A stretch of 63,184 nt of DNA, the filler included, from Reticulomyxa filosa (lineage: Eukaryota > Protista > Foraminifera): the NCBI GenBank assembly GCA_000512085.1. It is 22 parts of 22 records of this genome, joined end to end, with 100 filler letters (N's around TTAATTAATTAA, not from the genome) between each part and the next. Parts side by side here need not be neighbours in the genome. Positions count along the whole stretch, not along the records: positions 49,622 to 50,963 come from ASPP01010607.1; positions 51,064 to 54,194 come from ASPP01021310.1; positions 54,295 to 55,994 come from ASPP01005016.1; positions 56,095 to 57,212 come from ASPP01023071.1; positions 57,313 to 58,808 come from ASPP01010597.1; positions 58,909 to 59,942 come from ASPP01022282.1; positions 60,043 to 61,946 come from ASPP01021174.1; positions 62,047 to 63,184 come from ASPP01034207.1; 14 more parts are not named here. One strand, 5' to 3'. Below the pieces are notes generated by a model. It searched no databases. It was not told the origin of the DNA and saw only the letters and a program-made list of their open reading frames with translations. Position numbers and translations under genes: made by a program. Positions 50,146 to 63,184 of the stretch are shown here, piece by piece. Position 1 is the first letter of the stretch. The number at the start of each line of letters is the position of its first letter.

Positions 50146-50835
50146 TATATGTACATATACATATATATTGATTATATAAATAAACAATATATACATATAT
50201 ATGTATATATTGTCTATTTATATAATTATATCGCTTATGTTTTGTTTTGATTGATTTGTTGCAAGTCCAACTCACATAACATCATTCAAAAACTGCTCCA
50301 TGATCGGAACAAGTGGAGTTCTGGCGTCTTGGTGTATGGAGTTGGCAACATTGACAAAACTCTCCACACACCCCTTTCGCACACTCCATATGCTGTCTTG
50401 ACATAGCGACTTGAAGACAGGTAGCTTGCATGTCAAGTTTTATCATTTGTGTATTTTATTTTATTTTATTTTATTTATTTTTTGGATTAAAAAAAAAAAA
50501 AAAAGAGTAATTAGAAAAACCAATCAAACATACATACAAAAAAAAAAAAAAAAAGAATACCAAAGATTTTTCCGCATCATCTGCGCCCAATTGCTCACAA
50601 ATGGCACCAAAGTATTGCACTGTAACCTTTTCCACATAAAGCAGATATACCATTGTCATCATAGAGGCCGATATACACACATACATATTGTATTTATATA
50701 ATACAAACAAAAGGGATAAACAAAACTTTTCTGACGCGAAATGAATTATCTTGGCTCAGTGCATGCAAATCTGACGATAAGTAATTTTTGCAAACTGACC
50801 TACCAACAATTGGCGCCAATTCTGCCAACAGCTAA
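49665..50835 (-). CDS. PPP4R1: PPP4R1-like HEAT-repeat phosphatase regulatory subunit (internal exons)
   Basis: HCAFNFPGVVLALGKERWEELHETY..RKTLACSMHEICSILG..FLKDIDDV, LPVFKSLCQDSIWSVRKGC and LGPFISTL. Confidence 0.8.
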
Positions 50836-50923
50836 GAGGTTGCAAAGCACAAAACCACGGATAAGTTGTATGTTTGTGTATTGAGGCGATGAAAGATAAG
50901 GGAATAATGTACAAACAAGAGGG

Positions 50924-50963
<40 letters not shown>

Positions 50964-51893
50964 NNNNNNNNNNNNNNNNNNNNNNNNNNNNNNNNNNNNN
51001 NNNNNNNTTAATTAATTAANNNNNNNNNNNNNNNNNNNNNNNNNNNNNNNNNNNNNNNNNNNNGTAGATACTTTTAAAAAAAGATTAGCATTGTATCATT
51101 CGTAGTCTTTGAGAAAAATCAAAGTGCAAATGATACGCATTCTCGCAGAATTTTCAAAAATCATTTGAAAGAATGTTGATTTTATCCAAAAAAAAAGTTT
51201 TAAAAAAACAATTTCATATTTAAAAACTACAAGATTTGTAGATATTTTTTTTGAAATAAAAAAAAATTATGTCTAAATGTTGATTTTTCATTGAGGAAAT
51301 CAAATATCGTCATAGGATATCGTTTTATGCATTCAGTTTTCTTTGCAACCTACTGTATCTTGATCAATCGTTAAAATTAAACTCCTTTTAATAACTTGTA
51401 ACAAAATTTTATTTTAATTTGTTTTTTTTGTTTTAACATTTATGCCAACAGAACTTGCTTATAATGTACATAAATAGCATGTCGTTTAATTTAATTTTAT
51501 TGAATTTACCAAGTGATCAAGCAAATTTGGCATTGTAACGTGATATCATTTTAGTAGATTTTTTTTATTTATTTCGTTATATCTTGCTGCGTTGTAGGTG
51601 TAGGCTGTGGGCGCATGTGACTAAAAAATGTGAATCTTTAGTATCCTTGAGAATGTTAGTGCACAACATCTTATAATTAGAAAAACTTGATAGTGTTTTC
51701 AACCCATTACAAAGAAATAATGTATGGTAAAGTTAGTTTACAATGACGAATTTGTATTTGAATAAAGTAACAACATTATTTACTGCTGGCCAAGTTTTAA
51801 ACAAAAACGAACGTTTTTATCTGTTCTTGGCAGCTGAATTTATGCACATTTTGCTAATGTTTTCACATACCTTGAATATTGTACTTCTTAGCA

Positions 51894-54118
51894 TCATTTG
51901 GTCTCAAAGCCCTTTTTTTCATAAAAACCTACACAAAGCTCATATGCAGTGGCGGCACATTGTAAACTTAATTCGTCAGGTAGTTTCACGAGAAAGTTAC
52001 TCAAGCCTTGATTTTGTACAAATATGATTAAATGTTGCTTGAACATAATAATGGACATATATTCATAGTTTTGTTGGCATAATTTTGTTTCCAAGAGCAG
52101 CCGCCATTCCTTTAAAAGCATCCACATCTGTACAATGGGAGTGTCTTCAACAAACTGGGAAAGTTTATGTTTCAAAGTCTCTGTTACCGGGTTTCTGTAA
52201 TATAAATTTCAATAACAAAAAAGAAATGATGAAAAACAAGTTATGAATATAAAAAAAAGTCGTTTAACTGATATAACGCATTGACTTTGGCTGGTGTCTT
52301 TTGCCATGTGCTTTCAAAAAGCATATACCATCGTTCCACGTGCTGCCATAAATGATAACTATGCTTCAAAAGCAGATGTAATCCTTTGAAAGGAGCAAAT
52401 TCGATTGGTTGCAGATGCAATAAATCTTCCATGTAATGTCCCATTTCCATGTCACGACTGGGGACAATCATTTGTCGAGATAGTGTGAGCAACACCTGTT
52501 CCAATGCATACGTTGCAGTTTTAAAGGCCGTTAATTTATGTTTGTTACTATTGGAATTGTCGTTCTCATCCATAGTCTTTTCTTCTGCACCCGAGGTGTC
52601 TGCACGCTGTTCGATTTTCATTTTTACATTTCGTATCAATTGTATTGCTGCTTCCTCGAAATAGTCATATTTCGTATCACTTGTTTCTTTGTATTTTCGG
52701 CTTATCTCTGCCATGATTTGTCGCATGTCGTGTTGTTGGGCCAAGTGAAATTTCACGTCATTTAATGTAAATTGTATCTGTTTTTTTCCAATGATATATT
52801 TTTCATTCAGTCGATTTTCCAACATTCGCAAATTCAACAACAGTGGAACATATTGTTCATATTTTGTGTTTTGGGCTGCACACTCTTGAATTTCCCTTTT
52901 TGTTTATTTTTATTTTTTTTTAAGTATTATTATTATTATCATTACTCTTGTTGAAACACTTTTGCTCTTAAATTTCTTTGTTAACTGCAATAAAACAGTT
53001 TCATCCAATGCGACCACGTCGTTTTTATTTGAAATGTGTGTTAACGCGATTTCCCCAATATGTTGGTGTTTCTCAAAACTAACAAAAAAACAAAAAAAAG
53101 CAAAAGAATAAAAAAAAAAAAAAAAGAAAGGTCTGAATATGTAAAGAGACCTGTAGCATTTGAGTAAGCAAGAGTTATTAAGCTGGACCAAATGTTCTAA
53201 CAACAAACGAAGTGCTTTACCAAAGGAATGGCTACATTCCACAGCAAAAGCCAAGGGTAAATGTTTGGGGGAAAGCGTTCCATTTGGTTCTGAACTTTTG
53301 ATAATTGGAAATGATATGTTCAATGTGTCAACCGCATGATTATCACATCTGCCAGTCATGTTACTTGCCATAAAATTCCATCCTTGAACAAAGCCTCTCC
53401 ATGAATCCGCCCATTCTGGTTCGACTTTTCCTTGATAGCGTTTATTGAGTTCCAGCACGTCGGCAGCAGTCAGCGTGGACAACTCGGTCTCCGTCAGTCG
53501 ATAGTTGTAATGCAAATGCACCAACTTCATCCATTGCACAATGGCCGGCAAATGCTGCAACGCGAACAGCGATATTGGATCGGAAGAGTTTAAAAGTTGA
53601 GCAATGGCAAAGAGGACAGGATATTTGGTTTGATTTGCAGGATTTTTTAAGACGTACCATTTGAATTGGGCCAATGTAACAATTTGAAATGGCAAGAAAG
53701 CGCTAGCAAGATATTGTTCTTCAAACATCTGGCATTCTTCATCGATAGCATTAAATCGTTGTTCAACGCGTTTCATCCAAAATTGCGCCTGTGTGTTGAT
53801 CATCGTTTGATCCCTCATGCGATCGATAGTTTCCTTTGGGTCACCATTTGGAAGCGTTGGATTAATACACTGCGTTATCAAATATGTTTCAAACTTGTTC
53901 CGACCCTCCGCCGAAAGGTCTTCAAAGCCGCTGGGGTGCTCTGTCTCAAATGTACAATACAAGCGATGAACGATATTGTGCATCAACAGTATGGCAGTTT
54001 CGCGTGTGCCTGAAATCGCCTTTGCAATCGCATCCAAATAATTTTGAACTATTACAAGTAATTTCACTGCCACCTTGCTGTGGTCACTTCCAAGTTTGGT
54101 AAATCTGAAGTTTTGCAA
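51894..54118 (-). CDS. RNF213/mysterin-like protein, C-terminal domain exons
   Basis: Colinear blocks GRNKFE..INPTL, KYPVL, LQHLPAIVQW, FVQGWN, GKALRLLLEHLVQLNN, NLRMLENRLNEKYIIGK and terminal LPDELSLQCA match the recalled RNF213 CTD pattern (RNAWE, VPIL, FLPEIL, FLSTWN, LIRLHN, FDLEKIQ..FLQGKP, FPEEILL). Confidence 0.65.
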
Positions 54119-54294
54119 ACAACAATATATTTTTATGTGAATTTAAAAGTATCAGATACATGTATGTATGTATGTATGTATATATTACTTTAAANNNNNN
54201 NNNNNNNNNNNNNNNNNNNNNNNNNNNNNNNNNNNNNNTTAATTAATTAANNNNNNNNNNNNNNNNNNNNNNNNNNNNNNNNNNNNNNNNNNNN

Positions 54295-55208
54295 TTGTTG
54301 TTTTTGCCTGTAGCTTGTATCACTTGTTTGGAGTCGCTAATCAAATCCTCGTCCATCAGACGATCCACCACGCTAATCTCTTCCAGAGGCGTGTCTTCTC
54401 CTCCTTCAATATCTGGACGTTCGTGCAGGTGCAAGCCCTGCTCTTGCACTTTGCCCTCTTTGCCGTTCATGTCCATGGTGCTGACGGACAGCTGGTCAAA
54501 CAAAAAGGGACGGGATACGATGGTACGTTGGATGCCAAAGGCTTTGTGCAAACTGGAGCCATATGTCGGCCAGTGCGAAGGGGAGCCGGAAGGGGGGCCA
54601 CCCCCTCCTACTTGGCTGTTGCGATTTTTCATCGATCGAAGTTTGTGCAGCACCGGCATCGATCGACGTTTCGTCTTTTCGTACATTTCTGTGCGTTGCA
54701 TCATTGATTGTTGAATTTCATCGTTGATACTATTGCTTTTTTTTTTTTTGGTTAATTAGTTAAATTGCATTTATTCATTTGGATTATTATTATTATTATT
54801 ATTTTTTTTTTTGAGGGGGGGGGGGGAAAAAAAAACAAACCTTTGTTCAATTTCATATTGCAAAGCATTGTCAAAGTCATCTTTGATTTTCTGCTCTTGA
54901 TCTTCTTGATCTTCTTGCACATCGTCCTTGCACGCGTGGGTGAGAAAAGGGGAGTTGGGAACGGAAGACAGGGAGGACGCGACGGCAGGAGACTCGACCC
55001 ACGATTCGGGCAAAGGGGTGACGGGATCGGAGGAGGAGAAGAAGCAAAACTCTTTGGCCTCGTCCGAGCTCGATTGAAGCGGCAAAGGACATTTGAGAGG
55101 ATGACAAGTTGTTGTTTTTTGGATATTGTTTTGAGCGAAGGAACGACGACGACGACGACGACGACGACCACCAAGGATCGAACGTAGTGGCGGCAGGACT
55201 TGAGATGC

Positions 55209-55246
<38 letters not shown>

Positions 55247-55365
55247 CAGTGGCATCAATAGAGGAAATAGGGACACATGACTGAGAAGAATGTTGTGGAA
55301 TGCATGTATTGGCTGTTGTCTTTGCATGTCGTAAACAGGCGAGCAGCTGTTGTTCGTCGGCATGC

Positions 55366-55401
<36 letters not shown>

Positions 55402-55994
55402 CGTTGACAGCGCTGCTTTGGAGATAAGCGCGTGGACAAGTCGTCATGGATGTAATACAGGGGATACATTTGCTTCCCATTCAACGACGCATTGGAAGAA
55501 GAAGAAGATGATGATGATGATACTGATGATGATAATGAGGAAGATGCAATAATGTGAGTGTTTTGACGACAAAAGATTTGATTCAAACGTATAAACTGAC
55601 GTGACTTGGACGACTGAATAGCCTGTTTGGACTTGGCCGACCGGAACTTCCAACGTGCCTTGTCGATCGTGGCCGGCTGAAAGCGACGAATGCGGATCCA
55701 CTTCCTCCTTCGCACGTGCGTGAACAGCGACGGCTTCGCATACCACTTTTTGCTAGGAAAGTTTTCGGCATACTGCCAGCCCTCTTCGTCGCACCCGACG
55801 CAGCGACAAGTTTCGGGCAATGCAAACGTAAACGGACCTGAAGCGCCAGTACCCGCTGCTGCTGCTGCTGCTGCTGTTGCTGCTGTTGCTGTGGTGGAAG
55901 AGCAGAAAGAAGAAGAAGAAGATGGCAAGGCAGGAGATGCGGAAGACGTTATTGTAGAGGGACCCGAAGAAGAAGAAGAAAAGGCAAAGGCAGT
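54295..55994 (-). CDS. DysF (dysferlin/Pex24-type) domain protein with homopolymeric low-complexity tracts (internal fragment)
   Basis: CDEEGWQYAENF..W..FTHVRRRKWIR at ~55690-55800. Intron 54840-54736 joins in frame to the 54704 ORF. Confidence 0.75.
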
Positions 55995-56389
55995 NNNNNN
56001 NNNNNNNNNNNNNNNNNNNNNNNNNNNNNNNNNNNNNNTTAATTAATTAANNNNNNNNNNNNNNNNNNNNNNNNNNNNNNNNNNNNNNNNNNNNTTTGGT
56101 TTGAAACAGAGTTTATTCATTAAATGTTCTGTTGTTGGCATTGGGATGCCACGTGTCCAACTCTCGCTCTAATGAGAGGCTCTGCTCACTCGAATCGTTG
56201 TCAACCATTTGACTGTGTCGTCCGTTGCATGGCCAAAAAGTCATTCAAACACGAGTCGAACCGTTCCTTTTATATATGTATACATATATGCATACATGTA
56301 TTATATGTGTACATATTTTTGTCATTTATTCCATTTGAATAAACAAAATAAAATCATTAATTATAAATTATAAATTATTATTAAAATAA

Positions 56390-56570
56390 ACCTGTTCGTC
56401 CTGCAGCTATTTCAATACGGTCATTCACTTGCAATTTTTTAATCATTTTACTCAATTCCCCTTTTGCAATTTCTTCTCTTTTTCTTTCGATCCATCGTCT
56501 GCATTTTCGTCCCATTCGTTGAGTTCGACGCTGACAAACTTTTCACTTTTGCCACCTAAAACCCTAAATA
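56390..56570 (-). pseudogene. CAP-Gly-like domain remnant
   Basis: GGKSEKFVSVELNEWDENADDGS, and LQVNDRIEIAAGRTG downstream of a stop codon. Confidence 0.4.
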
Positions 56571-57312
56571 GTTTCAATCCAAAGTGTTCTTATAAAATAA
56601 TGTGTCCCTCCCCCCCAAAAAGTGTGTTTTTGACAAGTTATTGTATACGTTGTTTCCCCCTTAGCGACTACCTTTTTCATCTACACAAAAAAAAAATTGT
56701 ATTTGTCAATCCGATCCCCACTCCTGAAATGTGCAGAAATTATAATTTTGTTTAAATATTTTTGTTGCAATGGTAACACGTCGCTTTTTTTTTAGGTGTT
56801 GCTGAAGACGTACATGCCAAATATCATCGGGTTGATTGTGTATACATTTATCTGTGATTTTTCCTCTGTTTTCGTATTCGGATCACCTTTTTCCCATTAA
56901 TGATATTTCAAAAACAGGATATCCTTTCTTGACTGTGAAGATAGATGTACAACGTCAGCCTGAATGTTGCCAATGTCAGGAGAGGTCACAATAGGCAGCG
57001 TACTTGTTTTGGCCGTGATGACAGCATTTTTTTTTTGAATGGTATTGTTGTTTTGGGTGTATTGGGTTTACACTGATTGTTTTCTTTCTTTTTCGGCAGC
57101 TGTTGCATTTTGCAGAGGAATACATTAGTGAAAAAACTCTCCATGTTGTCTACGTTTGGCTTGTTAGGCTGTTTGAAGAGAGAAGAGTTAAGACCACATT
57201 CGTAAAGCACAANNNNNNNNNNNNNNNNNNNNNNNNNNNNNNNNNNNNNNNNNNNNTTAATTAATTAANNNNNNNNNNNNNNNNNNNNNNNNNNNNNNNN
57301 NNNNNNNNNNNN

Positions 57313-58808
57313 GTGCAGCAACAAGCTGCCGCGACAGCCGCCCCGCATTCCGACGTACCGTCTGCCCAGCTGGCAGACAGTGCCAAACCGGCCAAAGGCC
57401 AGCGCGTGGTAGTGAATACCGACGTGCTGCGCGCCGAGATCGACACCAATGGTGGCGACCTGCGCAGCCTGCAGCTGCTGAAGCACGACGGCGCGGTGGA
57501 TACCACCAAGCCGTTCGAGCTGCTCACCGACAAGGGTGACCGCCTGTACGTGGCGCAAACCGGCCTGATCGCCGCCGGCAACACCGCGCTGCCCACCCAC
57601 AAGACCGTGTTTACCGCCGAAAAAGCCAGCTACGCGCTGGCCGGCGACAAGGTTGAGGTGAAACTGACTGCCCCGGCCGCCAATGGCGTGCAGGTGAGCA
57701 AGGTGTACACCTTCACCAAGGGTAGCTACGTCATCGACGTGCGCTACGACATCGTGAACGGCGGTACCACCCCGCTGTCCACCACCGCCTACTTCCGCCT
57801 GCTGCGTGACGGCAAGGCGCCGGAAGGCGAAAGCCGCTTTGCCCAGACCTTCACCGGCCCGGCCGTGTACACCCACGACGCCAAGTTCCAGAAGGTGAAG
57901 TTTGAAGACCTGGACAAAGGCAAGGCCGAGTACGCCAAAGTGGCAGACAACGGCTGGGTGGGCATGGTGCAGCATTACTTCGGTACTGCCTGGGTGCTGA
58001 GCCCGGAGCAAGGCCAGAAGGTGTGCGCTACCCCGCAAAGCTGTCAGTTCTTGCTGGAACCGAAAAACGGTGCCTACTCTGCGGCCACCCTGGTGACGGT
58101 ACCCACCGTCGCACCGGGCAATACCGCGTCGCTGACCGTACCGCTGTTTGCCGGCCCGCTGGAATACAACACCGTGACCAAGGTGACCGAAGGCCTGGAG
58201 CTGGCCAAAGACTTCGGCATGGTGCACATCTTTGCGTCGCCGCTGTTCTGGCTGCTGACCAAGCTGCACGCACTGGTGAACAACTGGGGTTGGGCGATCG
58301 TGCTGCTCACCCTCACCGTGAAGGCCGTGTTCTACCCGCTGACCGCCGCCTCCTACCGCTCGATGGCCAAGATGAAGGTGCTGGCACCGCGTCTGGAAAA
58401 CCTGAAGCAGCAGTACGGCGACGACCGCATGAAGTTCCAGCAAGCCGTGATGGAGATGTACAAGACCGAGAAAGTGAACCCGCTGGGTGGCTGCCTGCCG
58501 ATGCTGGTGCAGATCCCGGTGTTCATCGGCCTGTACTGGGCGCTGCTGGCCTCGGTAGAGCTGCGCCAGGCGGAATGGCTGTACATCCACGATCTGGCCC
58601 GCCCGGACCCGTTCTACGCGCTGCCGCTGATCATGGCGATCACCATGTTCGCACAGACTTTCCTGAACCCGCCGCCGGCCGACCCGATGCAGGCCAAGAT
58701 GATGAAGATCATGCCGGTAGCCTTCTCGGTGATGTTCTTCTTCTTCCCGGCCGGCCTGGTGCTGTACTGGGTAGTGAACAACCTGCTGTCCATCGCGCAG
58801 CAGTGGTA
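57313..58808 (+). CDS. yidC: Bacterial membrane protein insertase YidC (both ends truncated)
   Basis: Periplasmic domain ([27 protein letters not shown]), [32 protein letters not shown] and [18 protein letters not shown]. No introns, and third codon positions are almost all G/C. Confidence 0.97.
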
Positions 58809-60042
58809 NNNNNNNNNNNNNNNNNNNNNNNNNNNNNNNNNNNNNNNNNNNNTTAATTAATTAANNNNNNNNNNNNNNNNNNNNNNNNNNNNNNNNNNNN
58901 NNNNNNNNTCCATTCAAAAATTTGCGACAATGCAAAAAGCAATGGAAAACATTATCTGACAAATGGAAGAAAGTGTGTCGAGGATTGAGAGAAAATCTTA
59001 AATAGACTTGGCATATTTCACAATAAACGAAAGAACAGATGCTTTTGAAACTTTGGATTAAGATTTGTGCTTCAAAGATGGATATCGCGACATTTTAGCT
59101 TCTAAATTCATTTTGCCGTTTTTACAGAGGCTGGATTTGAGTCTGCAAGATGCTCTTCCTATCGTACACGAACGGGGAACAAATTTTGATGAAAGTATCA
59201 GAAACGGCAACCACAGCGGCGACTAGAGAGGATGGCTTCGTATTTGGAAAAAATACATTGTGGAATAATTGGACAAACTCTATCAAATTAATCCCGGAAA
59301 AACTGGATCTTGGTGCCCGCATAACCACAAATCAAGTTTGCCAAGATAAAAGAAAATGAATACGTAATAATCTTGTGCAAAGTGGTAACGATATTAACAT
59401 TACGGCGGCAGCGATGGATGGACCGAAGAAGTAGAAAACAATGCATACGATGACGAGCACGTTGTTAGAAAATGTTACACTGGTAGCTCAATTTGGTTGA
59501 GGGATCATGCAAAACGAAGCCAAGATCACTGGCAAAAAGGAGAGAAAGAAACATTCCAAGAGTCCGGAGAGCTGTACTGAGCCGGATTTGTTTTGTTTTT
59601 TTTAACCAAAAAAAAAAAACGTTTCTAGGATTTGCTGCATTTGATTATGGAATGGCTCTTTATGAACACAAGCGGCGATTTTGCGCGTTATCAGATATGG
59701 ACGAACTTTCCATAGCGCGCCCCAATGGAACTGCTAGACGAGTGTAACAATATCAAGGCAGTGCCAACCTAAATCATTGGAAAGATTTGTTCACCCATCA
59801 ATGTATGCGTAGACAAGTCTCTGCGGATGATTATCTTTCAACAAAAACAGTATGTGCAGTTCAAATGGAATTCGATCTGGCACTGGAACTCTACATGGGA
59901 TGGCACAGCATCAAAGAGGGAGTGGAATTGCGATTTATCGGGNNNNNNNNNNNNNNNNNNNNNNNNNNNNNNNNNNNNNNNNNNNNTTAATTAATTAANN
60001 NNNNNNNNNNNNNNNNNNNNNNNNNNNNNNNNNNNNNNNNNN

Positions 60043-60519
60043 AACAATAACAATAACAATAACAATGATAATGATAATGACAATAACAGTCAAATTGAAA
60101 ATGAAGATGACACCAAAAGTAAATGCGAAAGTGTGATTGAAAAGAAGGATGAGGATGATAGTGATGAGAATGATGATGACGAGCAACGCCAAATCAATCC
60201 TCGGACTGAGACAACATCAACAACAACAACAACAACAACAGCAACACAGAAACGACACACAACGAACAAAGAACAAATACCTCATTCTGACAAACAGACG
60301 AAGGAACACGTAAACGTGCTTGCCACACCGTCAAAACAGAACAACAAAAAAAATAAAGCCGGATTTTGCTCTCCTTGGTGCTGTTGCAAAAGACGCAATC
60401 TTGAAGATGATGACGACGAAAAAGACAACAGCAAACAAAAACTTATCAAATATCCGTCGTCCAATTACTATGGTAGTGCACAAGATCAATTGCTCACCAC
60501 AAAATCATCAACCGAATGA
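60043..60519 (+). CDS. Low-complexity 3' terminal exon with a Cys cluster (CSPWCCC)
   Basis: Asn/Asp/Thr-rich open frame from the fragment edge to TGA at 60519. Confidence 0.4.
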   Translation, partial: NNNNNNNNDNDNDNNSQIENEDDTKSKCESVIEKKDEDDSDENDDDEQRQINPRTETTSTTTTTTTATQKRHTTNKEQIPHSDKQTKEHVNVLATPSKQNNKKNKAGFCSPWCCCKRRNLEDDDDEKDNSKQKLIKYPSSNYYGSAQDQLLTTKSSTE

Positions 60520-61224
60520 AATTTTTTTTTTTTTGCCAATGCATGGAAAAGAACAAAGGATGTTGTCTTTTGTGTTTATGAAATAATTAATTTTTGGTTG
60601 TCATGCCATGACACGCCTTTGCTTCATTTTAAATGTTTCCTTTTTAAAATTGTTTTTATAGCTCTTTGACTTCGTTATTTCATTAAAAAGTGTCCAACTT
60701 TTTTAATTTTCATTTTATGTTGGCTCTATCAATTTCCATCACTCTTTTCTTTTTTTAGTTTGAAACTTAGCTGCTATTTCTCATTGAAGTAAAAAGAAAG
60801 ATAAATAGGTCTCTTTCATATACCCGATCTTTTCTCCCTAAAAGCATAGATACTAACATAAGATGTTACAGTACATTGTTTCGTTTATCTATGTTTTTTT
60901 TGCAACTTTTGATGTGGGTATTAGATAATTTCGATGTTGTTTGTGTTTATCTTACATTTGCTTTATTTTTTCTTGTAAGATTTTTGACATGCGCCAAGAG
61001 ATGAAATTAAACTGAAATTGTACAACATTTCTTATTGGCACAAAATATCAATATATTGTGAAATCAATTCTGCATAAATGTCAAAACACTAGGTTTAGAT
61101 TACTTGAACAAGACAAAACAAATAATAAAATTTCTTGAAATTTTAAACATTTTTTTTCCGACTTTCCTGAACAAAACTAAATTTTTTTCCCTTGCAAAAG
61201 GATTTTTTTTTTGGCTCCAATAAA

Positions 61225-61804
61225 ATGAGCGAAAAGGATTTGGATCATTTTTGTCCTGAAATACATACATTTCCATTGAGGTTAATATTTTATGGTAATC
61301 CAAATCATGTCTCCCCGCTTCTCATGTTCGGGAGTGTTATCTCATGTCTGACAGTAGCAATAATTTGGACATACTCTCGTTGTCAGAACAACCAGCGCCC
61401 GTGGAAGTACTCTTTTTGCTTTCGAAGACAGGAAACGAATAAAAAGATTGGAGGAAAAGAACGAAAGAAAAAAAACATGGAAGAAGAGAAGAGAAGAGTC
61501 GGGGGCGAGGGTAAGATGGCCGTGACGCCAGTCGATAGGAATAGGAAAGGGAAGACAACGGTGAGTAATGAAAGTGTAATCTTGCCATATTATGAATATT
61601 TGTTATTTTTCTACGTATTGATCCAATGTTATTTGTTATGTATTAATTGCTTGGAATATTATTACCAATCTGATTGTGTGTGGCACCAAAACCACGAATG
61701 GAGGGATCACATTCCCTATTTCAGGGTCGGTTGCGCTGTATACTTGGCTTTGAAAATTATGTTTCAATTATTGGTATCTTTGTTGGTCGCCCAAAAATCG
61801 GCAG
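61225..61804 (+). CDS. First exon of a multi-pass membrane protein
   Basis: Three hydrophobic helices after the ATG at 61225, then a GT donor followed by poly-T at ~61805. Confidence 0.55.
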
Positions 61805-62429
61805 GTATTTTTTTTTTTTTTTTTTTTTTTGAAGTGAGCCTATAGCCCCCTTCCTTACATGCACACATATAAATATACATGTATATATGCATATGTACAT
61901 ATATATCCAAAAAAAAAAAAAAAAAAAAAAAAAAAAGAAAAAAAAANNNNNNNNNNNNNNNNNNNNNNNNNNNNNNNNNNNNNNNNNNNNTTAATTAATT
62001 AANNNNNNNNNNNNNNNNNNNNNNNNNNNNNNNNNNNNNNNNNNNNTGCAGAAATTGAAAAGCTGAAAGAAAGTGATAACGAAAAAAGCAGAGAAATTCA
62101 ACAACTTAAACAATTGAAATTAAAAAAAAAATTGAATGAAAATCTAATCCTAAAACAAGAACTAGTATGATTTTTTTCTTTTTTCCATTTCACCACAAAT
62201 AAATCATAAATTATATACATTAGAATAATCCAGACTTCATTAGAAAAGATATTCAATCAAAAAATCAAATTAATAAAGGTAAAACAGAAAATAATTACAA
62301 TAGTCAATTATCACAACCAAAATACAATCGATCACATAAAATGGTAAGTTTTATTCAAACTTTATAAAAAGGTTGACTGTTTTCAAGTTTTATTGTATTT
62401 ATTGTGTGTGGCTTGTGATTGAATTAGCT

Positions 62430-63184
62430 AGAGGAAAACAAGATCCAAATCATTATTCAACATTGGATTCGAATATTACATATTAAACTTGGATGGATAA
62501 ATGATTTCAATAAATTAGTTGTCAATTATGTTACGTTTTTTTTTATTTTTATCTTTCATTTAATTTAAATAAAAAATAAACAAATATATTTATTATTTTT
62601 TATCATCACTGTTAATACAGTCAACTACATTCTTTATGTTTGACACATTTCGCTCATCATCTAAATTAATCAATACTTTCACTGGACATACAAGCATTGT
62701 CAATAGTATTGATTATTCAACATTTGATGATCGCCAATTCATTTGTTCTGGACCATCTGATGGAACAGTTCGTGTGTGGGATATTGATAATAACAAAAAA
62801 TTTCAATCATTTAATGCATATTCATGCTTTGTGAATTGTGTAAAATTTTCATCATATCTTTATTATAATTATCGTCGACATGTCATTTGTTTTTCATCAT
62901 GGGACGAAACCATTGGTTTTTTGGATTTCAAACATAAGAAATTAGAAATATTCAATGGACATGATGGTGGCGTTTATGGAATTGAATTTTCACCATTTTA
63001 TGGTGGTAGATATTTGTGTTCTGGATCTGTTGACAAAACAATTCGTTTATGGGATGTTGAAACATCAGAATCATTACATGTTTTCAATGGACATGAAGAT
63101 TATGTTTCTTGTGTTGATATTTCACCATTACAAAGTAATAATAACAATGGTAATAATAAAAATAATAAAATGAATAATATTGGT
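62430..63184 (+). CDS. WD40-repeat protein of the expanded lineage-specific family (runs off the window; not in the ORF track)
   Basis: Exon IIIQHWIRILHIKLGWINDFNKLVVNY is followed by an open frame from 62621: FTGHTSIVNSIDYS..ICSGPSDGTVRVWD..FNGHDGGVYGIEFS..LCSGSVDKTIRLWD..FNGHEDYVSCVDISP. Confidence 0.88.

Noticed and set aside
49622-58808. Functional linkage between PPP4R1-like, RNF213-like, DysF and yidC genes
   Set aside because: They sit on different fragments separated by artificial spacers.
57265-58856. 441-aa antisense and 277-aa alternate-frame ORFs over yidC
   Set aside because: These are expected shadows of high-GC codon bias and show no recognisable motifs.
58909-59942. Coding-like sequence with broken frames
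   Set aside because: Probably a decayed gene, but I could not recognise any family motif.
14525-62046. Regularly recurring TTAATTAATTAA as a CRISPR-like or biological repeat
   Set aside because: It is always flanked by exactly 44 N on each side and encodes stops in six frames, so it is an assembly or concatenation linker.

Overview
This window is not contiguous DNA. It is 22 separate assembly fragments joined by 21 identical artificial 100-nt spacers (N44-TTAATTAATTAA-N44), so gene neighbourhood only means something within a fragment. Almost all fragments are AT-rich, intron-containing eukaryotic DNA. The expanded WD40 and kelch-like families and the poly-A/T and (TA)n introns resemble a foraminiferan such as Reticulomyxa (inference from recall, not a search). 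One fragment (57313-58808) is a high-GC bacterial yidC. Recognisable content: a PB1-like/caspase-fold/TPR protein whose catalytic Cys is replaced by Trp; a large SecA-like SF2 ATPase fused to a vWA domain on the same fragment; an Hsp90 pseudogene; a membrane mucin-CUB-SGNH protein; SLC26/SulP; Ras- and Rab7-like GTPases; a 7TM receptor-like gene; a plant-type LRR protein; REI1/ZNF622; an ankyrin-CaaX protein; NELF-C/D (TH1)-like, PPP4R1-like and RNF213-like C-termini; a DysF protein; WD40 copies; and two LINE remnants. The strongest leads are the caspase-TPR plus SecA-vWA locus, the RNF213-like and NELF-like genes in a protist, and an intron architecture with U-rich 5' ends complementary to A-rich 3' ends.
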